This document shows, piece by piece, positions 19,895 through 30,473 of a stretch of DNA of 64,000 nucleotides. This DNA is from Candidatus Eiseniibacteriota bacterium (GTDB lineage: Bacteria > Eisenbacteria > RBG-16-71-46 > CAVPCR01). Where the stretch lies: NCBI GenBank assembly GCA_963823555.1, contig CAWGMA010000001.1, positions 288,001 to 352,000 of the forward strand, written 5' to 3'. The position numbers were made by a program, and so were the translations under genes. Below the pieces are notes generated by a model. It ran no database searches and was not told where the DNA came from. It was given only the letters and a program-made list of their open reading frames with translations. Position 1 is the first letter of the stretch, and every line of letters starts with the position of its first letter.

Positions 19895-20817
19895 TGGCGC
19901 TTGCTCGCGGTGGATCACCGCTCCGCTCGATGAGCAGGGTGGTGGCCCGATTCCTGGACGTCCGTTCCCGGCGTGAGACGGCAGGAATCCTCGGTCTCAC
20001 CCTGGCGATCATGGCTGGGACGGATCTCCATCCCGTCGCGGCAGCCTTCGAATGGGATCCCCTGACTCCGCAGAGTCTCATCCTCGGGGATTCGGCGGTC
20101 CGGTGGCCGGTGGCTGGTTCCGGACCAGGGTTCTGTGCCGATGCGCTGGTAGCCCGTCCATTCAACTGGCCCGGAGTCATGGCGAATGGTCTTCGCGTGG
20201 CCACTGCTCACGATGCGTTCGGCCTCGGATCGAGCTGGTCGCTCCTGCAAGCACCGGCCTACCGCGAATCGCGCCTCGCGATCGGGATCTCGCATGGTGG
20301 CGAATGGCAGCGGCTGGGTCTCGTGGTCAACCTCCTGCACGTGGCGGCGGGTGACGCCGTCCGCCGCGCGGAGGGCGGCGCGGCCCTCGATCTGGTCTGG
20401 GACCTCCATCTCTCCCCGCTTGACGTGGGCGCGCGCGTTTCCGGCGCTCTCGAGAGCCGGGGCGCGCGCCACCTGGGCGAACCACGGGAATGGAAACTCC
20501 GCGCATGCGTGCATCTGGCTCCTCTCGATGCCGAGCTCCGGATCGAAGAGGGGTCCCGCGGGCGCAGGGCCGGCATGGGTGTGATTCTGCGGCCATGGCC
20601 GCCGCTGGCCGTTGGGGTGGGATGGTCCACGACCGAGTTGCCGCTGCGCCTGTTCATTGAAGTCCGGCGGCAATGGGTCGCCATCGGCTGGGGCACCGCC
20701 TTCCATACCGAGCTACCGCCAACGCCGGTCGTTGCCCTGTCGCTCCTCCCATCTCGAGTCGAGGGGGATGGCTCACCGGGGGTGGGGGAAACCAGTGTGG
20801 TCGAGGGGTCTCGCTGA
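19891..20817 (+). CDS. Putative outer-membrane beta-barrel (divergent PorV-like)
   Basis: Start overlaps the upstream stop; AFE...SLILGD N-terminus, alternating hydrophobic strands, ends FHTELPPTPVVALS. Confidence 0.5.
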   Translation: MMALARGGSPLRSMSRVVARFLDVRSRRETAGILGLTLAIMAGTDLHPVAAAFEWDPLTPQSLILGDSAVRWPVAGSGPGFCADALVARPFNWPGVMANGLRVATAHDAFGLGSSWSLLQAPAYRESRLAIGISHGGEWQRLGLVVNLLHVAAGDAVRRAEGGAALDLVWDLHLSPLDVGARVSGALESRGARHLGEPREWKLRACVHLAPLDAELRIEEGSRGRRAGMGVILRPWPPLAVGVGWSTTELPLRLFIEVRRQWVAIGWGTAFHTELPPTPVVALSLLPSRVEGDGSPGVGETSVVEGSR

Positions 20818-22139
20818 TGCGATCCCCGGTCTTCGCATTGATCGCGTTCGCCATGGCCGGGCTGGTCCCCGCCGTGCTTGTCGACGCCGCGGCTCCTGTC
20901 GTCCGTGGGCGGACCACCATCGACTGCGCCCGCGGCGCGCATCCTCGGCTTTCATTCGACTGGAGGGTGGGTCGGGGCCGATTGCTCGGTTCTCTGCGCG
21001 GCGGGCGACTGTCAGCGATACGGCTCACCATGCCGGGCGTGGGCGCCGTCGAGACCATGAGCGCCGGCCGACTTGCCATTCACTGGGGAGGTGGGGCCTC
21101 CTCGCTTGGCCGTTCTCCCACCGGTGCTGCCGTCGTGGCCTCCGGGGGTCCGAGCGCCATGAGCGGTGGGGCGATGACATGCCGCGTCGCCGGGGGAAAG
21201 CTCCTTCTCGCTGCGGGGCAGCACGAGATCGACGCTGCTGCGGGGCAGCGATCGCATCGCGCGCCACGGCGGACGACGGCGATCGTTGCCTGGTCACGGT
21301 GGGGAATGGGTGCTCTGGCCGGGATCGAGGACGGCCGGACGATCGGCACCATCTACTGGAGCCTCAGGTCTCCTTCGAGCCGCTGCGAGCTCGAGCTCGC
21401 GCCATGGGGCGAGAAGCGTGGCTTGGCCGCCCGGCTGGAGACCGACGCGGAGGGCATGGCGGCGCTGATCGACCTTCGATTTCGCGCCGCGAACCATCTG
21501 GCCCCCGGTGCAGCGGCTCGCCGTGGTGATACCGATCTTGAATTCGCTCTCCGCCGTTCCCTGGCCGGACTGCCGGCGATTCTCGGCGCCGAGATCGATC
21601 TCGCCGATACGCGGCACTCGGACTTTCCACTCACGCTCCTCGATGATCCACCAGCCGCCGCCACGTCACGAGCCTGGATCGAGCTCGCCATTCCCGACTG
21701 GGTTGACCGCGCCCGGGTGTCGCTCAAGGCCGAGCTGCGGCGTGCCGCGGGTCTGGACCAGAGCCGTCTTCATGCCGCCATAGCCACCGTCCCGGCGCGG
21801 GTGGCGCTGGACTGGACGGCCGGGGGTGGGCTCCTCATGAACCTCCGCCATCGCTGGGAGCTGCCGTTTGAACTCGGGATCGAAGCCGGCGCTGCCGCCT
21901 GGAGCGGTCCCCTTGCCGGGACCGGAACGACCATCGATTTGCCGCATGTTCCGGGTCAGGGGTTGCCGGCCCGGTTCGCCGCCCGAGGGCAGGAAGCCGG
22001 CTTCCTATTGGACTGGCAGCTGGCGCAAGTTCGTGTCAGACTGGGACTCGTGACCAGACGGTCGCTCGATGACGTCCCGGATGTTCGCGTCGCCTCACGT
22101 GTCGATCTGGCCTGGCCGCTCGCCGATCGAGGCTCGTGA
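20817..22139 (+). CDS. Hypothetical exported protein, probably beta-strand-rich outer-membrane protein
   Basis: TGATG coupling to the previous gene; signal peptide MRSPVFALIAFAMAGLVPAVLVDA; C-terminal strand RVDLAW. Confidence 0.5.
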   Translation: MRSPVFALIAFAMAGLVPAVLVDAAAPVVRGRTTIDCARGAHPRLSFDWRVGRGRLLGSLRGGRLSAIRLTMPGVGAVETMSAGRLAIHWGGGASSLGRSPTGAAVVASGGPSAMSGGAMTCRVAGGKLLLAAGQHEIDAAAGQRSHRAPRRTTAIVAWSRWGMGALAGIEDGRTIGTIYWSLRSPSSRCELELAPWGEKRGLAARLETDAEGMAALIDLRFRAANHLAPGAAARRGDTDLEFALRRSLAGLPAILGAEIDLADTRHSDFPLTLLDDPPAAATSRAWIELAIPDWVDRARVSLKAELRRAAGLDQSRLHAAIATVPARVALDWTAGGGLLMNLRHRWELPFELGIEAGAAAWSGPLAGTGTTIDLPHVPGQGLPARFAARGQEAGFLLDWQLAQVRVRLGLVTRRSLDDVPDVRVASRVDLAWPLADRGS

Positions 22140-22164
22140 GTGACCGCTCAAGGAGGCTTTAGGC

Positions 22165-23334
22165 ATGCAGCTCGCACAACGCATGCGGAACCTGGGAACG
22201 GAAACCGCCTTCGATGTCCTGGCCCGCGCCCGCGCCCTGGAAGCCCAGGGACGGAAGATCATCCACCTCGAGATCGGCGAACCGGACTTCGATACGCCGG
22301 GAAACATCACGGAGGCCGCCATCTCGGCCCTCAAGGGGGGGTATACCCATTACGGGCCGGCCGCCGGGTTGCCCGAGCTACGGGAGGCCGCAGCCAAGAG
22401 AATCGAGCGCACGCACGGTCTCAAGGTGGATCCGGCGCGGGTGGTCGTGACGCCGGGCGCCAAGCCCATCATGTTCTTCACGATCCTCGCGCTCATCGAC
22501 CCCGGCGATGAAGTCATCTATCCGGATCCAGGATTCCCCATCTACGAGTCCATGGTCTCGTTCATCGGCGGCGTCCGGCGTCCGATCCGTCTGCGTGAAG
22601 AGCGTGGGTTCCGACTGGATGTCAACGAGCTTGCCGATCTCGTCAACGACAAGACACGCCTCATCATCCTCAACTCTCCACAGAACCCGACGGGAGGTGT
22701 GCTCACCAGGGACGACATGAAGGCCGTCGCCGAGGTCGTGAGCCGCAGCAAGGCCATGGTGCTCTCGGACGAGATCTACTCCGAGATCATCTACGACGCC
22801 GAGCACTGCTCGCTGGCTTCATTTCCCGGGATGTTCGAACGCACCATCATCCTCGACGGGTTCTCCAAGACCTACGCCATGACCGGCTGGCGCCTGGGCT
22901 ATGGCATCTTCCCCGACTGGTTGGCCCCCCAGATTGCCAAGCTCCAGATCAACGCCACGTCGTGCACGGCCAGCTTCACTCAGCGCGCCGGCGTCGAGGC
23001 GCTGAACGGGGCGCAGGATGGGGCGCGGGCCATGCTCGCCGAATTCCGTCGCCGCCGTGACGTGATCGTCAAGGGCCTGAATCAGATCCCGGGTATCAGC
23101 TGCCTGACCCCGGAGGGCGCGTTCTACGTCTTCCCCAACATCACCAAGACCGGCAAGACATCGCAGGAACTGGCCGATCTCTTGCTTAACGAGGCGGGCG
23201 TGGCGACTCTGCCTGGCACGGCATTCGGGCCGGCTGGGCAGGGATACCTGCGGTTCTCGTACGCCAATTCGGTCGAGAACATCCAGAAGGCGCTCGAGAA
23301 GATCACCGAGGTGCTGAGCGCCATCAGGGCCTGA
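22165..23334 (+). CDS. PLP-dependent class I/II aminotransferase (aspartate aminotransferase family)
   Basis: GEPDF, NSPQNPTG, SDEIY and GFSKTYAMTGWRLG (PLP lysine). Confidence 0.95.
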   Translation: MQLAQRMRNLGTETAFDVLARARALEAQGRKIIHLEIGEPDFDTPGNITEAAISALKGGYTHYGPAAGLPELREAAAKRIERTHGLKVDPARVVVTPGAKPIMFFTILALIDPGDEVIYPDPGFPIYESMVSFIGGVRRPIRLREERGFRLDVNELADLVNDKTRLIILNSPQNPTGGVLTRDDMKAVAEVVSRSKAMVLSDEIYSEIIYDAEHCSLASFPGMFERTIILDGFSKTYAMTGWRLGYGIFPDWLAPQIAKLQINATSCTASFTQRAGVEALNGAQDGARAMLAEFRRRRDVIVKGLNQIPGISCLTPEGAFYVFPNITKTGKTSQELADLLLNEAGVATLPGTAFGPAGQGYLRFSYANSVENIQKALEKITEVLSAIRA

Positions 23335-23456
23335 TCGCTCCGAGCGGCGGCATAGGCGGAGAAGAGGACAGGCTCGGACGCCGCCAGGGCGGAGGCCGGT
23401 ACCGGCCTCCCGTGCTCGAAACGGCGGAGATTCCGCGCGGACTTCCCGATCCCAAG

Positions 23457-24425
23457 ATGATTCGACCCCGTTGCCTGCTTTTGGCCCTTGGCGGCAATGC
23501 CATCATTCCGCCCGAGGGAGCAGGTACCATCGAAGAACAGGTCGCGATCACCGAGACGACCATGACCCAGGTCGTGACGGCGCTGGGGCCGGCCACGCGT
23601 CTCGTCCTGACGCATGGCAACGGTCCAGTGGTCGGGAACATCGTGCTGCGCAATGAAGCGGCCCGGGACACGATCCCGCCGATGCCCCTCGATATCTGCG
23701 GAGCCGATTCGCAGGGTGGCCTCGGCTACATGATCCAGCAGGTCCTGCGCAATGCGTTCACGCGCGCAGGCGAGGAGCGTGAGGTTGTCACCCTTGTCAC
23801 CCGGGTGCTTGTCAGCGCGGAGGATCCCGCCTTTGCGCACCCGACCAAGCCGATCGGTCCCTTCTATCGTCGCGAGGCGGCCGACCGGCTCCGGGCCACC
23901 CGTGGCTGGCGCATGATCGAGGACTCAGGGCGCGGGTACCGGCGTGTCGTGCCCTCGCCGCTACCGCGCGAGATCGTCGAATCGGCGGCGATCCGGAGTC
24001 TGGTCGAGACCGGGGTGGTGGTCATCGCCGCGGGAGGGGGCGGCATTCCGGTCGTGCGGCGAGAGGACGGCTCCCTCCATGGAGTCGAGGCAGTCATCGA
24101 CAAGGACCGTTCGGCCGCCGTGCTGGCGCGGACGGTCGGGGCCGATGTTCTCGTCATCGTCACCGGTGTCGACCGTGTGGCCATCGGTTACCAGACCCCC
24201 CGGCACAAGGATCTCGATGAGCTTCGCATCGATGATGCCCGACGCTATCTGGATGCGGGCGAGTTCCCCTCCGGTTCGATGGGACCGAAGATCGAAGCGG
24301 CGATCGACTTCATCCATGGAGGTGGACGCGAGGCCATCGTGACATCACCGCGCGTGCTCGGGCAGGCGCTTGCCGGCCGGCACGGAACGCGCATCATCCC
24401 GGCTGCCGGCGCGATCAGGACCTAG
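23457..24425 (+). CDS. arcC: Carbamate kinase
   Basis: ALGGNA, THGNGPVVG, PTKPIGPFY, GYRRVVPSP, EAVIDKD, GSMGPKIEAA. Confidence 0.95.
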   Translation: MIRPRCLLLALGGNAIIPPEGAGTIEEQVAITETTMTQVVTALGPATRLVLTHGNGPVVGNIVLRNEAARDTIPPMPLDICGADSQGGLGYMIQQVLRNAFTRAGEEREVVTLVTRVLVSAEDPAFAHPTKPIGPFYRREAADRLRATRGWRMIEDSGRGYRRVVPSPLPREIVESAAIRSLVETGVVVIAAGGGGIPVVRREDGSLHGVEAVIDKDRSAAVLARTVGADVLVIVTGVDRVAIGYQTPRHKDLDELRIDDARRYLDAGEFPSGSMGPKIEAAIDFIHGGGREAIVTSPRVLGQALAGRHGTRIIPAAGAIRT

Positions 24426-24519
24426 CTCCCCGCTGTCCGCAGTTCCTCCCCCGCGCCTCGAGGCGTGTCCCCGCCATTCAACCTCCCCGGCACCTTGCCG
24501 CTCCCCGGCCGAGGTTCCA

Positions 24520-25191
24520 ATGAAGACCGATTCATGCCGCCGGTGCCGGCCCGGATCTGTGACCGGCATCCTCCTCGTCGGCACATCGCTGATCCTGGTT
24601 GGGGTGACGGGCGTCACGCTGGCCAATCCACAGGTTGTTCTCAACGAGTTGCTGGCCGACCCGGCTCGCGACTGGAACGGGGATCTCACGGTCGATGCGA
24701 CCGAGGACGAATGGGTGGAGATCGTGAACGTGGGAAACGTACCGGCGGATCTCACCGGTCTCCGCATCGGCGATCTCGATCGCGCCTGGGCCTACGGCTT
24801 CACCGGCATGCTGCCGGTGGAGGGCCGGATCGTCGTCTTCGGCAGCGATGCCAAGGGCTGGCAGCAGGCCAATGGCGTGGGCGCCTTTGGTCTTCGCTTC
24901 GCCAACACCGGCGATACCGTCGCGCTGTGGATGGTCACCGCGACCGATACGGTTCTCATCGACCAGTACACGTACGCCGATCATGAAGCCGATGACGACC
25001 GCTCCTCGGGGCGGCGGCCGGATGGCGGGGCGACGTGGGAACTGTTCGATGCTCTGAATCCGTACAGTGGGGGCGCCGTGCCCCAGGGCAACGGGTGCCC
25101 CCCGACGCCCGGTAACTCCAACCACTGCGCGACGGCGGTCGAGGATGTGACGTGGGGACGGGTCAAGGCGCGGCACCACCAGCAACCATGA
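24520..25191 (+). CDS. Secreted lamin-tail domain protein with C-terminal TWG tail
   Basis: Signal peptide; VLNELLADP...EWVEIVN; PTPG; ends AVEDVTWGRVKARHHQQP. Confidence 0.8.
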   Translation: MKTDSCRRCRPGSVTGILLVGTSLILVGVTGVTLANPQVVLNELLADPARDWNGDLTVDATEDEWVEIVNVGNVPADLTGLRIGDLDRAWAYGFTGMLPVEGRIVVFGSDAKGWQQANGVGAFGLRFANTGDTVALWMVTATDTVLIDQYTYADHEADDDRSSGRRPDGGATWELFDALNPYSGGAVPQGNGCPPTPGNSNHCATAVEDVTWGRVKARHHQQP

Positions 25192-25346
25192 CGGGTGGAG
25201 CAGGTGCGGCGGGGATCCCGGCGTTCCCCGCGTGCTGAGATCCGGACCGTCACCAGCAGCCGAGCGGCAGGCGCTGGATCGCGGGGTCTCCTCCCGACCC
25301 CCGATCCCGCCTGCCGCTGCGGCAGGTCGGCATGATCACCGGTGAG

Positions 25347-25874
25347 TCAGAAGAGTCGTCGCTCGAACTCGAGCTCGTCGCGGATGGGGACGCCGTCGAT
25401 CCCGAAGACGGGGATCTCCGGCTTGAGCCGCCGTGCCAGAGCGACCGCCTCCTCATGCACGGCGACACGAACATAACCCCTCCCGGCGTAGAACCTCATG
25501 GCCGGGAAGTTGTCGTTGGTCGTGACCAGCCAGATGCGTTGGCAGGCACGCGCCCGCGCGAGCTTCTCCGCGGCCGTCAACAGGGCGGTGCCGATGCCGC
25601 GCCGTTCGCAGAGGGAGTGCAGCAGCACGATTTCGAGCGAGAGCGGAGGTGGCGTGCAATGGAATGCGTAGAGCAGAATACCGAGCCGGACAGCGCCGTT
25701 CGCCGCTACGAGGCCGGGCAGGAGATCAGCGCGGTGGACCTGCCCGCGCGTGACCATGACGGGCGATCCCCAATGCTGAGGCAGGAACGAACGGAGCCAG
25801 GCGCGATCGCCCGGGGCGAGCCCGCGCAACGCGAAGGCCCGCGTACCATGGGCCACGTCACCGTCAGTATTCAT
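25347..25874 (-). CDS. GNAT family N-acetyltransferase
   Basis: RRGIGTALL acetyl-CoA motif; WLVTTNDNFPAMRFY; ARRLKPEIP..GIDGVPIRDELEFE. Confidence 0.9.
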   Translation of the reverse strand: MNTDGDVAHGTRAFALRGLAPGDRAWLRSFLPQHWGSPVMVTRGQVHRADLLPGLVAANGAVRLGILLYAFHCTPPPLSLEIVLLHSLCERRGIGTALLTAAEKLARARACQRIWLVTTNDNFPAMRFYAGRGYVRVAVHEEAVALARRLKPEIPVFGIDGVPIRDELEFERRLF

Positions 25875-25918
25875 CCGGGATCCAGGCGTCGACCGGGGCG
25901 CTGGGAGAAGGGGGAATT

Positions 25919-26005
25919 TGGTGCGGAAGGGGGGACTTGAACCCCCACGAGCTTGCGCCCACTAGACCCTGAACCTAGCGCGTCTACCAATTCCGCCACT
26001 TCCGC
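25919..26005 (-). tRNA. tRNA-Leu(CAG)
   Basis: Reverse complement GCGGAAGTGGCGGAATTGGTAGACGCGCTAGGTTCAGGGTCTAG...GGTTCAAGTCCCCCCTTCCGCACCA; long variable arm, encoded CCA. Confidence 0.96.
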
Positions 26006-26218
26006 ACCGACGGATCACGGAGTATAGGAGCCGCCGTTCTTCCTGTAAAGAGCGACACGCAAGCGGGCTGCCGGCCGGGGCGCCGCCGGCGAGGAACGGC
26101 GCGTGCCCCTTGCCGCCCCGCGGGGCGGGTGCTAGCTTCCACCGGGTCCGGACCGCGCCGGTCCCGGGATGGGACCGGCGGTCGGAGCGAAAGGTCCTCG
26201 CCAGGAAGCGCGCCATCC

Positions 26219-26752
26219 ATGCCCCGTACTGCAACCGCTCCCCCCGATGCCCCGCGGATCAAGCTCATTGCCACCAACCGCCGCGCGAGTCATGAGTACC
26301 ATCTCCTCGAGCGCTACGAGGCCGGTGTCGAGCTCGTCGGCACCGAGGTCAAGTCCTTGCGGCAGAAGGCGGCCAGCCTGCAAGACGCCTATGGTGCGGT
26401 CGAGGGAGAGGAGATCTTCCTCTGCAACTGCCATATCGCTCCCTACGAACAGGGGAACCGCTTCAATCATGAACCGCGCCGCAAGCGGCGCTTGCTCATG
26501 CACAAACGAGAGATCCTCCGCTTGAAGGGCAAGATCCTCGAGAAGGGTCTGACCCTGGTGCCGACCCGGATGTACTTCAAGAATGGTCGGGTGAAGCTCG
26601 AGCTGGCCATAGGACGCGGGAAGCGGCTCTATGACAAGCGTTCGGACGTGGCGAAGCGCGATGCTGACCGTGAGGTCGAACGCGCCGTCCGCGGCCGCCA
26701 GCTCGGAGCGGGTGGGCGGCGCGGCGGCCGGAGGGGAGCCAGCGATGACTGA
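26219..26752 (+). CDS. smpB: SsrA-binding protein
   Basis: NRRASHEY, EAGVELVGTEVKSLR, NHEPRRKRRLLMHKREI, GKRLYDKR. Confidence 0.97.
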   Translation: MPRTATAPPDAPRIKLIATNRRASHEYHLLERYEAGVELVGTEVKSLRQKAASLQDAYGAVEGEEIFLCNCHIAPYEQGNRFNHEPRRKRRLLMHKREILRLKGKILEKGLTLVPTRMYFKNGRVKLELAIGRGKRLYDKRSDVAKRDADREVERAVRGRQLGAGGRRGGRRGASDD

Positions 26753-28046
26753 GGAACGCCGCTGCCCTGCGGCGAGCCCCGCACGGACAATCGCCCTTCT
26801 CTTGCTCGTCCTCTCCGCGTCCGGCACGCTCACCCAGGCCGCGCCTCGCCAGCGAGCGGACGCGCCGAGCGATCGAACCATCGTGGTTCTGTTCGGCGAT
26901 GGTCGTGGCCAGCGACAGGTTGCGGTGCGAGCCCTGGATGGCGACACCGAGGCTCTGGCCGCCGGGGACCTGGCCGAGATCCTGCAGGCAACTTCCTATT
27001 GGCGTAGCGAAACCAGGAAGCTCCTGTTCCGAGTCGAGGAGCATCGCCTGACCTTGAGCGCGGACAACACGTTCGTCATCCTCGACAACCAGGTGCGCCG
27101 CCTCCCGTCGCCGCCCCGTTTCCTGGCCGGGCAGCTTTGGGTACCGATTGCGGTCTTCGACCTCCTGGCCGCTGAACACGTGGTTCCCGGGGCCTGGAAT
27201 GCGGAACGTCGCGAGCTGGTCCTGGGTAGCGGACAGGCGGCGATGGCGCCGCGCTCCGGCGATTTCCGGGCGGCGCCCCTCACCCCGGAGCCGGGATCGG
27301 AAACGTCTCCATCGGTCGCCGAACTGCGTCGCGGGTTGGTCGCCCTCGATCCCGGGCACGGCGGCGAGGACGCGGGGACACGTTCGCCAGGAGGCCTGAT
27401 CGAGAAGCACATCACGCTCGAGCTAGCGACTCGTGTGCGCCGCCACCTCGAACGCGACGGCTGGTTCAAGGTGATGCTCGTGCGTGAGCGCGACGAGGGC
27501 GTTCCAGTGCCGCGGCGGGTGGAGATCGCCAACAGCGCGGGCGCGGATCTTCTTGTCAGCTTGCACATGGACCTGGTGGTCGAGCCCTCTCCGTCCCGCT
27601 TCCGTCTGTCGGTGCGGCCGGGCAGCAGCCGCGTCGTCTACGAGGATCTCAAACCCTTCGTCGCGGGAGCCGTGGCGGCTTCAGAGGTTCTACCGACCGC
27701 CAGCTTCAGGCGATGGGAATCCGCGGGGGTCGAGCGCGGGTCCGAATCCTACGTATTCGCGCAGATGATTGCGAAAGAGCTCGAAGGTCGCCATTCCGGC
27801 GAGTCGGCGACCGTGCACCGGCGTCCCGTGTGGACGCTGGAGGGAGCCACCATGCCCGCCGTGCTCGTCGAGATCGCTCCGTCCCGCGGTGCCTCCGGGG
27901 AGAGCCTGACCCGGGGCGAAGCGCTCGAGGAGCTGGCCGCCGCCCTCGCTGGCGGTATCCGCAGCTACTGGCTCGGCACCGGGGGGGCCAAGCCGGCGCC
28001 CGCTCGTTCCCGGTCCAATGCCGAGCCCCACGGAGTGGAACGGTGA
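26745..28046 (+). CDS. N-acetylmuramoyl-L-alanine amidase (Amidase_3), divergent
   Basis: Signal peptide; DPGHGG, EK, SLH and MPAVLVE zinc/catalytic motifs. Confidence 0.8.
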   Translation: MTEERRCPAASPARTIALLLLVLSASGTLTQAAPRQRADAPSDRTIVVLFGDGRGQRQVAVRALDGDTEALAAGDLAEILQATSYWRSETRKLLFRVEEHRLTLSADNTFVILDNQVRRLPSPPRFLAGQLWVPIAVFDLLAAEHVVPGAWNAERRELVLGSGQAAMAPRSGDFRAAPLTPEPGSETSPSVAELRRGLVALDPGHGGEDAGTRSPGGLIEKHITLELATRVRRHLERDGWFKVMLVRERDEGVPVPRRVEIANSAGADLLVSLHMDLVVEPSPSRFRLSVRPGSSRVVYEDLKPFVAGAVAASEVLPTASFRRWESAGVERGSESYVFAQMIAKELEGRHSGESATVHRRPVWTLEGATMPAVLVEIAPSRGASGESLTRGEALEELAAALAGGIRSYWLGTGGAKPAPARSRSNAEPHGVER

Positions 28047-28636
28047 GGGCGGCGCGAAAGCCCGTGGCAAGACCCCAGGGCCGGAGCCTGCGCCTCCTCA
28101 TTGCGGGGATCGGATTCGTTCTCGCCCTGGGCTTCATCATCGCCGGCGTGCGCCACTTCAATATGCGCTCGCGCCCCGGCGAAGTCGCTGCGGGTCCCGG
28201 GCAGATCACGCGCTCGGTCGTCCTTCATTTTCTCGATGCAAGCGGACGGCTGGAGAGCGAAGTGCGCGAAGTGGCGGGCAAGGCGACGCTGGCTGCCCAG
28301 GTCGAGGCGGTGCTGGCCGAAGAGCTCGCCGGATCGATGAGCGATCTGGAACCCGCCATTCCGCCCGGCACCAGGCTGCTCCATGTCTTCGTCGGGCCTG
28401 GCAGCAACATCACGCTCGACCTATCACGCGAGATCGTCCGCAACCAGCCGGGAGATGTCGAGCGTGAATACGCGACGCTCGCTGCGCTCGTGCGCACGGT
28501 CCGTCTCAACTTCACCGAGATAACGACCCTGCAGATCCTGATCGAAGGTCAGCCGGAGCCCACTCTCGCCGGTCACTTTGCCATTGCGGGCCCGCTCGTC
28601 GCCGACGACTGGGTCCACGATGGTGCGGGGGACTAG
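28043..28636 (+). CDS. GerMN domain protein
   Basis: N-terminal TM; IPPGTRLLHVF...LDLS...LVRTV...LQILIEG...TLAGH; usual position between amidase and murI. Confidence 0.85.
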   Translation: MRAARKPVARPQGRSLRLLIAGIGFVLALGFIIAGVRHFNMRSRPGEVAAGPGQITRSVVLHFLDASGRLESEVREVAGKATLAAQVEAVLAEELAGSMSDLEPAIPPGTRLLHVFVGPGSNITLDLSREIVRNQPGDVEREYATLAALVRTVRLNFTEITTLQILIEGQPEPTLAGHFAIAGPLVADDWVHDGAGD

Positions 28637-29539
28637 ATGATGGACGGAGCGAAGCGCGCGGCGGAGTCCACGGCCGCGGCAGCGGGGCATCGCCCGATCG
28701 GCGTCTTCGATTCAGGAATCGGCGGCCTCACCGTGGTGCGCGAGCTGATCCATCGCTTCCCCGGCGAGAGCATCGTCTACTTCGGCGACACGGCCCGCCT
28801 GCCCTATGGCACCAAGTCGGCGGCCACGGTGCGGCGGTTCTCCGTTGAGAACACCCACTTCCTGCTCAATCAGGGGGTGAAGCTCGTTGTGGTCGCCTGC
28901 AATACGTCCTCGGCGGTCGCGCTCGACATGCTCAAGCGGCAGTTCGACGTTCCGGTCCTCGGGGTGGTCGAGCCAGGGGCGCGAGCGGCGGCGGCGGCCA
29001 CCAGAAGCGGCCGGATCGGGGTCATTGGCACCTACGCAACGATCGCGAGCGGCAGCTATGAGAAGGCGATCCGCGAGCGCATCCCGGATGCGCAGGTGAG
29101 CGCAGTCGCCTGCCCGCTGTTCGTGCCGCTGGCCGAGGAGGGATGGCTCGACCACCCGGTGACCAGGGCGGTGGCCGGCGAGTACCTCGCGCCGCTGCGT
29201 GCCGCTCATGTCGACACCCTCGTGCTCGGCTGCACTCACTACGGAGTCCTCCGCTCGGATATCGAGAGCGTCTTCGCGGGAGAGGAAGTCGTGCTCGTGG
29301 ACTCGGCGGCCGAGGTGGCGCGCGAGGTGGCGGATCACCTGAGCCCGGCTGCCGCCGGGACTTCATCGCCCGTCCGCCGCTTCTTCGTCAGTGATATCCC
29401 GGCTCGTTTCCGGGACGTGGGCGGGCGGTTCCTGGGCCAGCCCCTCGCCGACGTGGCCATCGTGGACCAGACCGATCTGCCGTGGTTCGAGCGAGAACTC
29501 GTGCCGGAGCGCCTGGGGGGGCCGCCGAACGGCTCTTAG
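28637..29539 (+). CDS. murI: Glutamate racemase
   Basis: IGVFDSGIGGLTV, PYGTKS, VACNT, LGCTHY. Confidence 0.97.
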   Translation: MMDGAKRAAESTAAAAGHRPIGVFDSGIGGLTVVRELIHRFPGESIVYFGDTARLPYGTKSAATVRRFSVENTHFLLNQGVKLVVVACNTSSAVALDMLKRQFDVPVLGVVEPGARAAAAATRSGRIGVIGTYATIASGSYEKAIRERIPDAQVSAVACPLFVPLAEEGWLDHPVTRAVAGEYLAPLRAAHVDTLVLGCTHYGVLRSDIESVFAGEEVVLVDSAAEVAREVADHLSPAAAGTSSPVRRFFVSDIPARFRDVGGRFLGQPLADVAIVDQTDLPWFERELVPERLGGPPNGS

Positions 29540-29599
29540 TCTGACGTTCGGCCGAGCTCACCCGGGGGGCTTCCTCTCCCCTGAGAGAAAGGCATTGAA

Positions 29600-30418
29600 A
29601 TGGCGACCAAGAAAGTCGGATCGAGCCGCAAGCCCGCCGTCAAGAGCACGGAGCCGCGGCGACCCCGTGCCGCCAGGAAGGTCGTGGCCGAGCGGCCCGG
29701 CCTTCGCGGGGCCGCGGAACTTCGCCCGCTCAAGCTCTGTCCTGGGTACCTGCGCTTCGCCGAGGGTTCCTGCCTGATCGAGCTCGGGTCCACGGTGGTG
29801 CTGTGTGCGGCGACGATCGAGGCCCGGGTGCCTCCGTTCTTGAAGGGTACCGGTCGCGGCTGGATCACGGCGGAGTACGGCATGCTGCCCCGGTCGACCC
29901 AGGCGCGGACTCCCCGCGACATCTGGCGCGGCAAGGCTGGCGGGCGGACCCACGAGATCCAGCGTTTGATCGGGCGCAGCCTGCGCGCTGTCGCCGACCT
30001 AGCCGCGCTCAAGGAACATCAGATCATCATCGACTGCGACGTGATCGAGGCCGATGGGTCGACTCGAGTCGCGGCGATCACCGGCGGGTTCGTGGCCCTG
30101 GCCGGTGCCGTCCAGCGGTTGCGCACCGCCGGCATCGTCAAGGACCAGGTGCTCAAGGACCATGTGGCGGCGGTCAGCGTCGGCATGGTCGGCGGGGCCC
30201 TCGTCCTCGATCTCGAGTACGCCGAGGACTCGATCGCCGGCGTCGACATGAACGTGGTCATGACGGGAAGCGGTGCCCTCGTCGAGGTCCAGGGCACGGC
30301 CGATACCGCCCCGTTCTCGGCCGAGGAGCTTGCCGCCCTGATCGAGCTCGCCCGCGGCGGGATCAAGAAACTGATCACGGCCGAGCGCCGCGCTCTCCGT
30401 CTCACCGAGCTGCCGTGA
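29600..30418 (+). CDS. rph: Ribonuclease PH
   Basis: GWITAEYGMLPRST, GRTHEIQRLIGRSLR, DCDVIEADG, EVQGT. Confidence 0.97.
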   Translation: MATKKVGSSRKPAVKSTEPRRPRAARKVVAERPGLRGAAELRPLKLCPGYLRFAEGSCLIELGSTVVLCAATIEARVPPFLKGTGRGWITAEYGMLPRSTQARTPRDIWRGKAGGRTHEIQRLIGRSLRAVADLAALKEHQIIIDCDVIEADGSTRVAAITGGFVALAGAVQRLRTAGIVKDQVLKDHVAAVSVGMVGGALVLDLEYAEDSIAGVDMNVVMTGSGALVEVQGTADTAPFSAEELAALIELARGGIKKLITAERRALRLTELP

Positions 30419-30473
30419 CTCGAGGTCCATTCACCTTCTTGCCATTGCCCGCTGGAACCAGCCGAGGGCCGAA

